NCBI GenBank assembly: GCA_002269645.1 | Contig: NIVC01000513.1 | Coordinates: 62,001-126,000, forward strand | From: Macrostomum lignano | Lineage: Eukaryota | DNA length: 64,000 nucleotides | Direction: 5' to 3' | Shown here: one piece after another, positions 30,880 through 52,732 of the stretch | How the letters are laid out: every line of letters begins with the position of its first letter | How positions within the stretch are numbered: the stretch's first letter is position 1 | Program-made: the position numbers and the translations under genes | The notes under the pieces: model-generated | The model's input: only the letters and a program-made list of their open reading frames with translations | The model's database searches: none | What the model was told of the DNA's origin: nothing

Positions 30880-32050
30880 GCGGTTGATTGCAATCTGTTA
30901 TGATTGTGGTTACTGTTTGATTGCAATCTGTTATGATTGTGGTTACTGTTTGATTGCAATCTGTTATGATTGTGGTTACTGTTTGATTGCAATCTGTTAT
31001 GATTGTGGTTACTGGCTGATTGCAATCTGTTATGACTGTGGTTACTGTTTGATTGCAATCTGTTATGATTGTGGTTACTAGCTGATTGCAATCTATTATG
31101 ATTGTGGTTACTGGCTGATTGCAATCTGTTATGATTGTGGTTACTGGCTGATTGCAATCTGTTATGACTGTGGTTACTGTTTGATTGCAATCTGTTATGA
31201 TTGTGGTTACTAGCTGATTGCAATCTGTTATGATTGTGGTTACTGTTTGATTGCAATCTGTTATGATTGTGGTTACTAGCTGATTGCAATCTGTTATGAT
31301 TGTGGTTACTGTTTGATTGCAATCTGTTATGATTGTGGTTACTGGCTGATTGCAATCTGTTATGACTGTGGTTACTGTTTGATTGCAATCTGTTATGATT
31401 GTGGTTACTAGCTGATTGCAATCTATTATGATTGTGGTTACTGGCTGATTGCAATCTGTTATGATTGTTGTTATTGTTTGATTGCAATCTGTTATGATTC
31501 AGGTTATTGTTTGATTGCAATCTGTTATGATTCTGGTTATTGTTTGATTGCAATCTGTTATGATTCTGGTTATTGTTTGATTGCAATCTGTTATGATTCT
31601 GGTTATTGTTTGATTTCAATCTGTTATGATTGTGGTTACTGGCTGATTGCAATCTGTTATGACTGTGGTTACTGGCTGATTGCAATATGTTATGACTGTG
31701 GTTACTGGCTGATTGCAATCTGTTAAGATTCTGATTACTGTTTGATTGCAAACTGTTATGATTGTGGTTACTGTTTGATTGCAATCTGTTATGATTCTGG
31801 TTACTGTTTGATTGCAATCTGTTATGACTGTGGTTACTGGCTGATTGCAATCTGTTATGACTGTGGTTACTGTTTGATTGCAATCTGTTATGATTCTGGT
31901 TACTGTTTGATTGCAATCTGTTATGATTCTGGTTACTGTTTGATTGCAATCTGTTATGATTCTGGTTACTGGTTGATTGCAATCTGTTATGATTCTGGTT
32001 ACTGGTTGATTGCAATCTGTTATGATTGTGGTTACTGGCTGATTGCAATG
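30880..32050. repeat. 33-bp minisatellite (TTGATTGCAATCTGTTATGATTGTGGTTACTGT)n
   Basis: About 35 tandem copies. Confidence 0.95.
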
Positions 32051-33316
32051 GTTTAAGCTATGTAAGCATCATGTGTTGCCATCAGTGTCAAAAAATTTAG
32101 GGTATCTTGTTGGAAAATAACAGCACTATGTAAAAGTACATTTAGATGCTCACATCAGAGACATATTTGCCTAAAACAATGGTTATGCTACATTGTTACA
32201 TTTCCACTGTTTGTTGTCAGTAAGAAGTATTTGCTTTGTCATGCTGGAGCAAGTATTTGAGTCTACCATTAAGCTCCATATCGTTTTGTCACAACATGTT
32301 GAGCAGAACAGCTGAATAGGCCTACCTGAACTCTAAAAGCTTTTTTCGATCGATCCTTTCAGCTGCTTTCAACCCTCACACCTCTCTGGTAGCCTTTTTA
32401 CCGCCCTCCATCTCTCTTTTGGTTTGGGGCATGATTTTCGTTAGAAATTCTCTTCTATTGAACTAAAGGGGGTTCCTGAGTAGTTGCCCGAGCTGATGCT
32501 CACTGGGTACCCTCAGTCTGTTTCTGATTCGCAATTAGACAAAATCGGGCCTGTGCAATTTCTATGAAGACTTCTGGCGCGAATCAGGCCATTATTAGCA
32601 TTTCGCATTTCCTATTTATCGCATTGTAGCCTCACAGACATTGAAAAACAAGGAAACCAAAGTGAAACCCAAAAATACATGGAGACAGAGAGGAAATTTC
32701 CGTAGTAAAATTGTCAATAATTTCGAGACGCCTTGACAAAACTGAGCCAAGGGAAAAGTGCAGCCTATCGATAAGACGCAGACTTCCAAAATTGGAAATC
32801 GCTCTTGAACAAGACGCTGAATATGCAGTTTCAAGACTTTTTTTCTCTCAGAAATTTCCCACAAACTTGCGTGGGAGGCGCCTGCTGCAGTTGATGGGGA
32901 GGATTTCCCAGACAGTGAAAAGCAAGGACGTTTGAACTCATCTGGTCTGGAGTGGCTGACAAAATGCTTCAACCATGTATTTTTCTCTGTGCATTATAAC
33001 AAAGCGCGTCCATCGACTAAAAGGTAAGTTTTATTTCGTGCTAAAATATCGGTGTGCCAAGATTCCACAGAAAATTGGTGTCGAATCCAGGTCTCTAAAG
33101 GTCCTTGTCCGGCGACATGCCAAAGCACTAAAAAGCTAAACAGAAAACAGCAAAAGCATTGCTCCTCAACACGAGACCTCCGCGGGCTCTGATTGGCTGC
33201 GAGAAATTCGCTTATAAATTCGAGCTCAGCTGCCACTAGCGCGGAATTCGCTGCCCTGCTCCACGCTTGCTGGCGAAACAAGACAAGAAAAGCAACTACT
33301 AGAGATCCGCGAACTC

Positions 33317-41230
<7,914 letters not shown>

Positions 41231-41535
41231 AAATCTACCTGACTGTCGCGATAGCGCTTGCTGTTTCCATGGCAACGCCGCCCCTAGCAACAAGTTTCTT
41301 TTATAAGCAATGTTACATTTCAAAACTAACGAAATCACTCTTTAAAATAAAAATCTTTTAAAATATAAAAGCTGCCAGAAACTCTGAGAACTTTGATCTT
41401 CAGACAATAAGAATTTGCCTATCCTGATAAAGCCTTGCATAATCTGGGACTACTGAGCTCTTTAAATTAACAAAAGCTTATGAGAAAGCCGAACCTTGCA
41501 AAATAATACTGCATATTTGAGCAATCTGTGTACGT

Positions 41536-41894
<359 letters not shown>

Positions 41895-42284
41895 GGGTTG
41901 TTTTCGAAGCATCATTGCAGCGAAAAGGCTCGAGGTAAAAGACTGCTGCATCTCATCAGAAGAGGTAGTAACCCAGAGTTCGATTGCAAGATTATTAATA
42001 TCCTTTTTTCAAGCAACAAAGTAAAAAGCTCTCTTTGTTTAACGGTTTGATTGATTTTTTGCCAGTGCTAAGAAAAGCGATCGTTTAAAATAGCTTATAA
42101 GGGTTCGTTCGTGAGCCACGCCTAAGCCATGTGAATGGAATGCATAAAGTTGAGTAGTGCTTTTCAAAAAAACTCTACCTTTGTGCCCTGTGCTGTCTAC
42201 TGCCACAAGAAGTGTAAATAGGTATTGGGGCGCGGAAATTATTTCGGAAGTTTTATTCGTATTATATTCTCATTGTTGACCCAT

Positions 42285-43712
42285 TGTCATGCAAAATCCC
42301 ATTCTCATTCATAATCCCATTCCCATTCATAATCCCATTCTCATTCATAATCACATTCTCATTCATAATCCCATTCTCATTCATAATCCCATTCTCATTC
42401 ATAATCCCATTCTCATTCATAATCCCATTCCCATTGATAATCCCATTCTCATTCATAATCCCATTCTCATTCATAATCCCATTCTCATTCATAATCCCAT
42501 TCTCATTCATAATCCCATTCCCATTGGTAATCCCATTCTCATTCATAATCCAATTCTCATTCATAATCCCATTGTCATTCATAATCCCATTCTCATTCAT
42601 AATCCCATTCTCATTCATAATCCCATTCTCATTCATAATCCCATTCTCATTCATAATCCCATTCCCATTCATAATCCCATTCTCATTAATAAATCCCATT
42701 GTCATTCATAATCCCATTCTCATTCATAATCCCATTCTCATTCATAATCCCATTCTCATTCATAATCCCATTTTCATTCATAATCCCATTCTCATTCATA
42801 ATCCCATTCTCATTCATAATCCCATTCTCATTCATAATCCCATTCTCATTCACAATCCCATTCTCATTCAAAATCCCATTTTCATTCATAATCCCATTCT
42901 CATTCATAATCCAATTCTCATTCATAATCCCATTGTCATTCATAATCCCATTCTCATTCATAATCCCATTCTCATTCATAATCCCATTCTCATTCATAAT
43001 CCCATTCTCATTCATAATCCCATTCCCATTCATAATCCCATTCTCATTAATAAATCCCATTGTCATTCATAATCCCATTCTCATTCATAATCCCATTCTC
43101 ATTCATAATCCCATTCTCATTCATAATCCCATTTTCATTCATAATCCCATTCTCATTCATAATCCCATTCTCATTTATAATCCCATTCTCATTAATAATC
43201 CCATTCTCATTCAAAATCCCATTCTCATTCATAATCCCATTCTCATTCAAAATCCCATTCTCATTCAAAATCCCATTCTCATTCAAAATCCCATTCTTAT
43301 TCATAATCCCATTCTCATTCATAATCCCATTCTCATTCATAATCCTATTTTCATTCATAATCCCATTCTCATTCAAAATCCCATTCTCATTCATAATCCC
43401 ATTCTCATTCAAAATCCCATTCTCATTCAAAATCCCATTCTTATTCATAATCCCATTCTCATTCATAATCCCATTCTCATTCATAATCCTATTTTCATTC
43501 ATAATCCCATTCTCATTCAAAATCCCATTCTCATTCATAATCCCATTCTCATTCAAAATCCCATTCTCATTCATAATCCCATTCTCATTCATAATCCTAT
43601 TTTCATTCATAATCCCATTCTCATTCATAATCCCATTCTCATTCATAATCCCATTCCCATTCACAATCCCATTCTTATTCATAATCCCATTCTCATTCAT
43701 AATCCCATTTTC
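42285..43712. repeat. 18-bp minisatellite (CATAATCCCATTCTCATT)n
   Basis: About 78 copies. Confidence 0.95.
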
Positions 43713-44838
43713 CTTTTCATAAGGCACAGGTCGAACTTATGCGCCCAGCTTGAGAATTAGTAGCGTGCGGAGCGGGCGGTCTGGCTTCATGCTATAATAA
43801 AACCTTGCTTGCCATACTGCGATATATTCTGCTTATACTATAGAAATATTTCAAACACACTGGCTCTCTAATGCCAATGGTAGCTTTTATGAGTGTTATG
43901 AGTATCCAAAATTATTCAAGGCAGTGTATTTCATAGTCAACGAGAATGCAAAGGCTCAATGCAAAGCAATTAATGGTTTGAGGGGGTTAGGGTTAGCGCT
44001 TAACCAGTTTGTCCCAGCGCAGTTGTTAGGCAACCAACAACCCCACTCCAAGCTTTTTCTCAGCTGCGAGTCTTCTGTGTCCCGCGCTCGTAGTAGGTTG
44101 CTGGCTTTTGCCCTCAAACCTCAGCAGCCATAGGGAATTGAGGTCGGCTGGTCTGGAGCTGGTCTGTTTGGATTATAGCTGCGGTCGAAACACATAAAAG
44201 TCAAAGTTTCTCCGCTTCGCTGTAAGCGCGAAAGCAATTGGAAATCGCAAAGACAAGGCATGTTCTTAAAGGAAAGCGATAAAGGTATGTAGTATGAAGA
44301 TACTATTTTCAATTTCAGCTGTTAGCGACGTATGTTAGAAGCAAAAATCTGACGACATTTCGAATTCTCAAGAAACATTTAGCAAAATCGTAGTTTATGA
44401 GAAATTTCACTCAGGTCTGATTCGAGGAAATCCTTCATGCCACCAGTGAGCTAGGTACTATAGACATTCAGTTCCAGCGCATTGCTGTGGAGTGTTGTGT
44501 GTTCTGAAGTGGTGCGTGCTGCGGAGTGGTGTGTGGGGTGCTCTGGTGTAGTGGACCTCTAAAACTCTGCTGAGCTAGCTTTTTACGCTGCTATTTCTGG
44601 GCATAAATGTACTTTTAGATTATATAGCGTACTCTTGTGTTGAGTAAGCAAATATGGATTGAACCCATGCAGTGAGAAGTCTTGAAGCATTAACAAAGCC
44701 TCAATTTTGAAAGTCTAAGATTCATCGCCTATTTCCTATTGTTGAACAAAGGGTTCCTCGCATTCCTAGCAAAGTCTGTTTAGATTGGTTAAACTCTTAT
44801 ATAATGATGTGACTTTCCTCCGTCCTTCGGTTTCAGGC

Positions 44839-46092
44839 ATGGCTTCGAACTACCTAAGGCTGCTTCTGTTGTGTTGCATTGCTGCAGCAACACTGGGATC
44901 TGATGAAGTCTCCAGCTTCTGTCTCGTCGGCAACTTGAGTGGCGAGTGCCCGAAGTGTGCAGCTTTCAGGAGGCCGGTGAACGGCACCCCTCCGATGCTG
45001 GTGGCCCCAAAAGGTAACAAAGGCAAGGGCGCTGGATATCCTGCAGCCTCGGGAAGCTCAGCCTCTCCTCAGGCATCCGGTGGAGGCGGCAAGGCGAGGG
45101 GAGGTCGGCGCAGCCCGCGGGAAGCGGCTCAGACTGCTGCTGATGCAATCAAGAACTGGATAGTTGATAATGGAAACAATCTTGAAAACTACAGCTGCAA
45201 AGTTAATGGAACTTACAGAGACTGGTTCATCGCAATTAAAAGGCCAGGCTCGCATGAATATGCTTACTTGTCATCAATGAATAAGGTTAATTGGCAATAC
45301 GCTAGAGATATTCGAACACAGGGACCGGTACATGAAACACTGGAGCAGGCTAGACAAAATAGAGACGCAGTCTTTGCTTACAGTGACAAGCCGCCACCAA
45401 ATGAAACCTGGATTCCTGGTTTCGGCCATCTGAAAGGACTGTTCATGGTTGGGAATCCCGGATTCTGGATGATGTTCTCGGCGAGACATTTCCCCAGATT
45501 TGATGAGCAAGGCAGGTTAATTCAAGATCGTACGAATGCCCAATCGTTCATCTGCATCAGCGTAAAGAGCGAAACTATTAAAGATCTCTCTGGATGGGTT
45601 GAAAAGGCGAAGCCAAGGTACCATCATCCGCATAATTTTCGCTCCAGCGAGGTCGAAAGTCAAGAAGCTTCAATTTCAATTAAGAGTTTTTCCAGCTCGG
45701 GCAATGTCCCGTTCCAGTTGTTTGTAAAAAGAAAGAGCAGCACTGCAGATTGCATATATAAGAAAATTAGAGAGTCGTACAACGTAGGAGAATTCCGGGT
45801 TCAGTCCTGGCTCAGAACTATTCCCGACAACGACAGGATTGTCCATGGTAACAACTTAGTTAAAAATATTAAACAAATCAGAATGACAGTTGGTAATCGG
45901 CTTTGGGAATGGAATACCACAACAGACCACTCAAAGTGGTGCGTCTCAAAGCAATCGAACATAGTCTGCCTCTCTGACCTGAACCGAATGCGTGATCAAC
46001 TGACCCAGGGTGGAGCCGCTGTCTGTATCAAAGATTCTAATGTCTCGAGTGCCTTCAACGCCTTGGTATTGGAAGTGTACACTAGGAATTAA
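44839..46092 (+). CDS. Secreted DNase II-family (plancitoxin-like) protein, single coding exon
   Basis: Signal peptide MASNYLRLLLLCCIAAATLG, then a linker. DNase II motifs: SCKVNG...DWFIAIKRP, YSDKPP, GHLKG, GFWMMFS, AQSFICISV, TDHSKWCVS, VCLSDLNRM...QGGAAVC. ATG 44839 follows the acceptor TTTCAG. Confidence 0.85.
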   Translation: MASNYLRLLLLCCIAAATLGSDEVSSFCLVGNLSGECPKCAAFRRPVNGTPPMLVAPKGNKGKGAGYPAASGSSASPQASGGGGKARGGRRSPREAAQTAADAIKNWIVDNGNNLENYSCKVNGTYRDWFIAIKRPGSHEYAYLSSMNKVNWQYARDIRTQGPVHETLEQARQNRDAVFAYSDKPPPNETWIPGFGHLKGLFMVGNPGFWMMFSARHFPRFDEQGRLIQDRTNAQSFICISVKSETIKDLSGWVEKAKPRYHHPHNFRSSEVESQEASISIKSFSSSGNVPFQLFVKRKSSTADCIYKKIRESYNVGEFRVQSWLRTIPDNDRIVHGNNLVKNIKQIRMTVGNRLWEWNTTTDHSKWCVSKQSNIVCLSDLNRMRDQLTQGGAAVCIKDSNVSSAFNALVLEVYTRN

Positions 46093-46667
46093 ATTTATCC
46101 TTGACTCACTAAAACAATATTTCTCTAGGATTTACTATTTATAACGCCATCCTATCTACAAGTGCATAACTGCATGCATTAAGCTTTATAAAGTTTATAT
46201 AGTTTATAAAGTATCTCGTACAAGAGATATGAGAAGAAGTGAAGGGATGGGAGACACCAGTTGTATTGCTATTTGCAGCGTACTCTATTGTTAGTAATTT
46301 TAGTTGCTAGCTGGTACTGTTGTAACCGCGTGAATTTAATTAAGGCAGGGTATTTTCAATTTATATTACTAGTAGTAGTCAGATGCACATTTTATTCACC
46401 GAACCTATTTCTAGGTTTTCGTTTAAATAAATATCATTTTGTTTTAATTTTCGTTTGCTTAAAATCTTTCCAAATAATTGTTTTAATGAGCACCAACCAT
46501 TAATAGCGCACCTAGCCTCCTCCGAAATTACTATATATACAGCCGAGCTAAGCCGAAATAAAATCAACCTGTGCGACCGTCTCCCTTTGCTACGAAGACA
46601 TTATTTCGCATGCTTTTAGCCTAGAAGAAAATCTCTGCTAAAAGACTTATATCGTTAGTTCCTTGCT

Positions 46668-47230
46668 GGAATAGGGAAACTGAGGTCGTGGAGACCCAGA
46701 GTAGGAGTCTGGAATAGGGAAACTGAGGTCGTGGATACCCAGAACAGGAGTCTGGAATAGGTAAAACTGAGGTCGTGGAGACCCAGAGTAGGAGTCTGGA
46801 ATAGGGAAACTGAGGTCGTGGAGACCCAGAATAGGAGTCTGGAATAGGGAAAACTGAGGTCGTGGAGACCCAGAATAGGAGTCTGGAATAGGGAAAACTG
46901 AGGTCGTGGAGACCCAGAGTAGGAGTCTGGAATAGGGAAACTGAGGTCGTGGAGACCCAGAATAGGAGTCTGGAATAGGGAAAACTGAGGTCGTGGAGAC
47001 CCAGAATAGGAGTCTGGAATAGGGAAAACTGAGGTCGTGGAGACCCAGAGTAGGAGTCTGGAATAGGGAAAACTGAGGTCGTGGAGACCCAGAATAGGAG
47101 TCTGGAATAGGGAAAACTGAGGTCGTGGAGACACAGAGTAGGAGTCTGGAATAGGGAAAACTGAGGTCGTGGAGACCCAGAATAGGAGTCTGGATTAGGA
47201 AACTGAGGTCGTGGAGACCTAGAATAGGCA
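46668..47230. repeat. 43-44-bp minisatellite (GAGGTCGTGGAGACCCAGARTAGGAGTCTGGAATAGGGAAAACT)n
   Basis: About 13 head-to-tail copies with no unique spacers. Confidence 0.92.
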
Positions 47231-48171
47231 TATTAAGGAAGCTGTTTAGGCTAATAATAGTAGGCATTAGGAAGCTTAGAAGCTGACGCTGGAGCCCCGG
47301 AAAACGGAATACCTTCGGACTTAGTTTAGGCCTTTAGACAGTGTCTTACCGCTTGGGCACCAATCGCTACCACAAGATTTCCAGGAAATCGAGTGAATTA
47401 GGGCAATCTTAGAAACAGACGCTATAAGCCTGCTACAACTTGGTGACATTTAGTGAGATTTTGCGAGATCGAACAAATAAGTAAAATTACACCTGCCATA
47501 TAATTTTACCTGTATGCCTAGTTAATGTCTTTTATAATTATGATCATTGATCATTCAATGCACCAACCTGTTACTTACTGCCTTCATCAAAAAAATTATG
47601 AACTTTTTTGACTGAACGTGAGCATTTGATTGACTTTTTTCTTACTTTGTTATAATTACTTTTAGTAGTCTTTTACATTTAGGTTTTACTTATCGCGAGC
47701 GTATTTGTTATTATTCTCTTAATCCCTGGATGATATCCTTGTATTGCATTATATGAAGTCTGTTTTTTGATAAAAACTGCAGAATTCGATCCGGTATTTT
47801 CTGCGATAAGGCTAACGGATTAACGATTTATTATTGATTATCAGTTAACTTTCGGTCAATTCAACAAATTCGAAAGTTAGTAAGTTAAGATTTTTTGTTT
47901 TAATTAATTTAATGCGTTTGTCATTACCGGTGCCCAACAGTGGATATTACTTACCGTGAGTTTACCTATCAATCAGGTTAAAAGTAAGTCTGTCATTGGA
48001 CATTGCAAGCGCCATCTTATTAAGACTTAATAAGATTAGAAAAGATTTATAAAAGTCCTAATAGGACTCTTAAAAGATTAATTTTATTGTAATTTCGAAA
48101 AACAAGTCTCCAATAATCAACTTATTAACTGTATTGCATCGCATAGCAATTAGAGAACGCGATACCGCGGG

Positions 48172-48490
48172 AAACCACCCCTGAGCCCCCTGAGCACCCA
48201 CCCCGGCAACCACCCTGAGCACCCACCCCGGCAACCACCCTGAGCACTCACCCCGGCAACCACCCTGAGCACTCACCCCGGCAACCACCCTGAGCACCCA
48301 CCCCGCAACCACCCTGAGCACCCACCCCCGCAACCACCCTGAGCACCCACCCCGGCAACCACCCTGAGCACCCACCCCGGCAACCACCCTGAGCACCCAC
48401 CCCGGCAACCACCCTGAGCACCCACCCCGGCAACCACCCTGAGCACCCACCCCGGCAACCACCCAGAGCACCCTCCCCGAGCATTCACCT
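48172..48490. repeat. 25-bp minisatellite (CAACCACCCTGAGCACCCACCCCGG)n
   Basis: About 12 copies; paralogous to the array at 62222-63315. Confidence 0.9.
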
Positions 48491-49013
48491 CTGATCACCC
48501 AACCCAGAGCATGGTTATGTACATGCAGTATAATAATAACCTAAAAGTTTTTTCCAGCCGTTTCTCTGGGATTCTGGATAGATATAGCAGAGTACCTGAA
48601 TGCATCCACTATATGCAAGCAGAAAATTTCATGCAGTGAGAACTGAGATGATTAAATTATAGTTATAGTCATACTGGTTATAAGACAACAGTTTCAATTT
48701 AGAACGCATACAGAGGCTCGCATCATCATCCAGAGGTGCCTAACACGAGATCAGGATTAGCTAATTTTCTGTTGAGTATATTTAGCATCTTTTCTATAGA
48801 GGCTGCAACTCCTGCGGAGGCAGAGAAGTCACAGAGCTGTGTCGTCACAGAGGCAGTAACGCCGATTCTGTAAGAGTTTTGCCGTACAAAGCCATGCTCA
48901 TTGATATTCATAGACTGGGTTCATAGTCATAGAGGGTCATACTTAAGAGTTGCCAATCATAAATGACTGCTTTAAATTGGATTTCCAAAGTCGGTGCCAT
49001 CCGCAGCAGCACT

Positions 49014-49454
49014 TTATGAGTCTGAAACGTCCGATGGAGACACTGGGTCAGAATCATTTGAAACAGTATTCGGTTCATCTACTGCCACATGCAGTGTAGC
49101 CGCGGTCGAGTCGATTGGCCAAGGCACTTCGCGGTTGATGGTGACCGAGTCGTCGGTGCAGCGGGCCAGCTCGCACTGGGTGACAAAGTGCGCCAAGCTC
49201 GATTCGCCGCCAGATTGGAAATCTCCCCAGCTGGCGTCAAAGCTGCATTGACGCAAGTTCTCCATCTCGTGACAGCTGACAGAAGTGCCGCTGCTAGTTT
49301 GAAGGCCGACAACTGCCACCGTGAGCAGCAGGGAGAGCTGAAAGTTGTACAGAGCATTCTGGCTGGCAATATGAGCAGAATAAATTTCCTTCATTACAGT
49401 TTATCACATCAGCAAAAAAGGGTCACCTACCTGCATGAAGGTGACGATATTCAT
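49014..49454 (-). CDS. Small orphan secreted protein (115 aa), exons 49454..49431 and 49337..49014
   Basis: ATG AAT ATC GTC ACC TTC ATG CAG|GTAGGT, then a 93-nt intron and acceptor TTTCAG|CTC. The spliced protein MNIVTFMQLSLLLTVAVVGLQTSSG-TSVSCHEMENLRQCSFDASWGDFQ...CELARC...SDVSDS has a signal peptide and 4 Cys. A conserved paralog lies at 63769-64000. Confidence 0.7.
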
Positions 49455-49844
49455 TCGAGCGTTGGAATGCGAAATCCAGAATCTCTGTGAGTAATATTTT
49501 TCAAACTGGATTCTGCATGATGATTGGAGACAACTTGGGACTTTTATCTCCCAGTCTAATATTTGCTCTGGCATAGTCCTGTTGTTTGACCATTTGAGGC
49601 AGGTGAAACCAGCCAATTACATTATTTGAAAGCCTCCTGTCTCCATTCGGTAGGCGTTAATTTCGATAGCATTTTTCTGCAAATAGATTTAAGTTAATTT
49701 GCACGCAAGCATGCCGCTGACACCGGGCATTGAGCTTGTGCTGATGCAGTCAATTGTTTACTCTTCAGTAAATATTTGAGTGCTGGTAGTTTAGAATACA
49801 TTTAGCCTTTTGGTTGTACCCGCATTTGTCTACATGTACTTCAC

Positions 49845-50198
49845 TCGTGAACTCGTGAACTCGAACTCTGGAACTCATGAACTCGTGAACTCGTGAACTC
49901 GTGAACTCGTGAACTCGTGAACTCGTGAACTCGTGAACTCATGAACTCTGGAACTCGTGAACTCTGGAACTCATGAACTCATGAACTCTGGAACTCGTGA
50001 ACTCGTGAACTCGTGAACTCGTGAACTCGTGAACTCGTGAACTCGTGAACTCGTGAACTCGTGAACTCGTGAACTCATAAACTCGTGAACTCGTGAACTC
50101 GTGAACTCGTGAACTCATGAACTCATGAACTCGGGAACTCGTGAACTCGTGAACTCGTGAACTCGTGAACTCGTGAACTCAAGAACTCAAGAACTCGG
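49845..50198. repeat. 8-bp repeat (GAACTCGT)n
   Basis: Read directly. Confidence 0.95.
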
Positions 50199-50376
50199 AG
50201 GATGCAGAATTAAGTAAAGCTATTTTGAAGTTGACAACAACTTTCCAAAAGGAATTTTTTGCAGTGTCCTTGCGTTTCGTGGTCCTCTAACTTTTTATTG
50301 GAGAATAGCACATAACTATTAGGTTTTTCCTTCAGATAAAAAGGCAGGTATTTTAATCCTCAAAAAAGCTCGCGAG

Positions 50377-50610
50377 TCACCCTGTGCACTCACCCTGAGC
50401 ACTCACCCTGAGCACTCACCCCGTGCACTCACCCTGAGCACTCACCCTGAGCACTCACCCTGAGCACTCACCCTAAGCACTCACCCTGTGCACTCACCCT
50501 GTGCACTCACCCTAAGCACTCACCCTGTGCACTCACCCTGTGCACTAACCCTGTGCACTCACCCTAAGCACTCACCCTGTGCACTCACCCTGTGCACTCA
50601 CCTTGTGCAC
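50377..50610. repeat. 13-bp minisatellite (TCACCCTGWGCAC)n
   Basis: About 18 copies. Confidence 0.9.
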
Positions 50611-52732
50611 TCCCATTCTCATTTATAATCCCATTCTCATTCATATTCCCATTCTCATTCATAATCCCATTCTCATTCATAATCCCATTCTCATTCATAA
50701 TCCCATTCTCATTCATAATCCCATTCTCATTCATAATCCCATTCTAATTCATAGTCCCATTCTCATTCATAATCCCATTCTCATTCATAATCCCATTCTC
50801 ATTCATATTCCCATTCTCATTAATAATCCCATTCTCATTTATAATCCCATTCTCATTAATAATCCCATTCTCATTTATAATCCCATTCTCATTCATAATC
50901 CCATTCTCATTCATAATCCCATTCTCATTCATATCCAATTCTCATTCATATTCCCATTCTCATTCATATCCAATTCTCATTCATATTCCCATTCTCATTC
51001 ATAATCCCATTCTCATTCATAATCCCATTCTCATTCATAATCCCATTCTCATTCATAATCCCATTCTCATTCATAATCCCATTCTCATTCATAATCCCAT
51101 TCTAATTCATAGTCCCATTCTCATTCATAATCCCATTCTCATTCATAATCCCATTCTCATTCATATTCCCATTCTCATTAATAATCCCATTCTCATTCAT
51201 AATCCCATTCTCATTCATAATCCCATTCTCATTCATAATCCCATTCTCATTCATAATCCCATTCTCATTCATAATCCCATTCTCATTCATAATCCCATTC
51301 TCATTCATAATCCCATTCTCATTCATAATCCCATTCTCATTCATAATCCCATTCTCATTCATAATCCCATTCTCATTCATAATCCCATTCTCATTCATAT
51401 CCAATTCTCATTCATAATCCCATTCTCATTCATAATCCCATTCTCATTCATAATCCCATTCTCATTCATAATCCCATTCTCATTCATAATCCCATTCTCA
51501 TTCATAATCCCATTCTCATTCATAATCCCATTCTCATTCATAATCCCATTCTCATTCATAATCCCATTCTCATTCATAATCCCATTCTCATTCATAATCC
51601 CATTCTCATTCATAATCCCATTCTCATTCATAATCCCATTCTCATTCATAATCCCATTCTCATTCATAATCCCATTCTCATTCATAATCCCATTCTCATT
51701 CATATTCCCATTCTCATTAATAATCCCATTCTCATTTATAATCCCATTCTCATTAATAATCCCATTCTCATTCATAATCCCATTCTCATTCATAATCCCA
51801 TTCTCATTCATAATCCCATTCTCATTCAAAATCCCATTCTCATTCATAATCCCATTCTCATTCATAATCCCATTCTCATTCATAATCCCATTCTCATTCA
51901 TAATCCCATTCTCATTCATAATCCCATTCTCATTCATAATCCCATTCTAATTCATAATCCCATTCTCATTCATAATCCCATTCTCATTCATAATCCCATT
52001 CTCATTCATAATCCCATTCTCATTCATAATCCCATTCTCATTCATAATCCCATTCTCATTCATATCCAATTCTCATTCATAATCCCATTCTCATTCATAA
52101 TCCCATTCTCATTCATAATCCCATTCTCATTCATAATCCCATTCTCATTCATAATCCCATTCTCATTCATAATCCCATTCTCATTCATAATCCCATTCTC
52201 ATTCATAATCCCATTCTCATTCATAATCCCATTCTCATTCATAATCCCATTCTCATTCATAATCCCATTCTCATTCATAATCCCATTCTCATTCATAATC
52301 CCATTCTCATTCATAATCCCATTCTCATTCATAATCCCATTCTCATTCATAATCCCATTCTCATTCATATTCCCATTCTCATTAATAATCCCATTCTCAT
52401 TTATAATCCCATTCTCATTAATAATCCCATTCTCATTCATAATCCCATTCTCATTCATAATCCCATTCTCATTCATAATCCCATTCTCATTCATAATCCC
52501 ATTCTCATTCATAATCCCATTCTCATTCATAATCCCATTCTCATTCATAATCCCATTCTTATTCATATTCCCATTCTCATTAATAATCCCATTCTCATTC
52601 ATAATCCCATTCTCATTCATAATCCCATTCTCATTCATAATCCCATTCTCATTCCTAATCCCATTCTCATTCATAATCCCATTCTCATTCATAATCCCAT
52701 TCTCATTCATAATCCCATTCTCATTCATAATC
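50611..52732. repeat. 18-bp minisatellite (CATAATCCCATTCTCATT)n, second array
   Basis: About 115 copies; same unit as 42285-43712. Confidence 0.95.

Noticed and set aside
43980-43995. GGGTTAGGGTTAG telomere-like motif (also near 55715)
   Set aside because: Only two units, inside a duplicated flank; not an interstitial telomere array.
46668-47230. CRISPR-like regular array
   Set aside because: Head-to-tail identical units without unique spacers, no cas genes, eukaryotic context.
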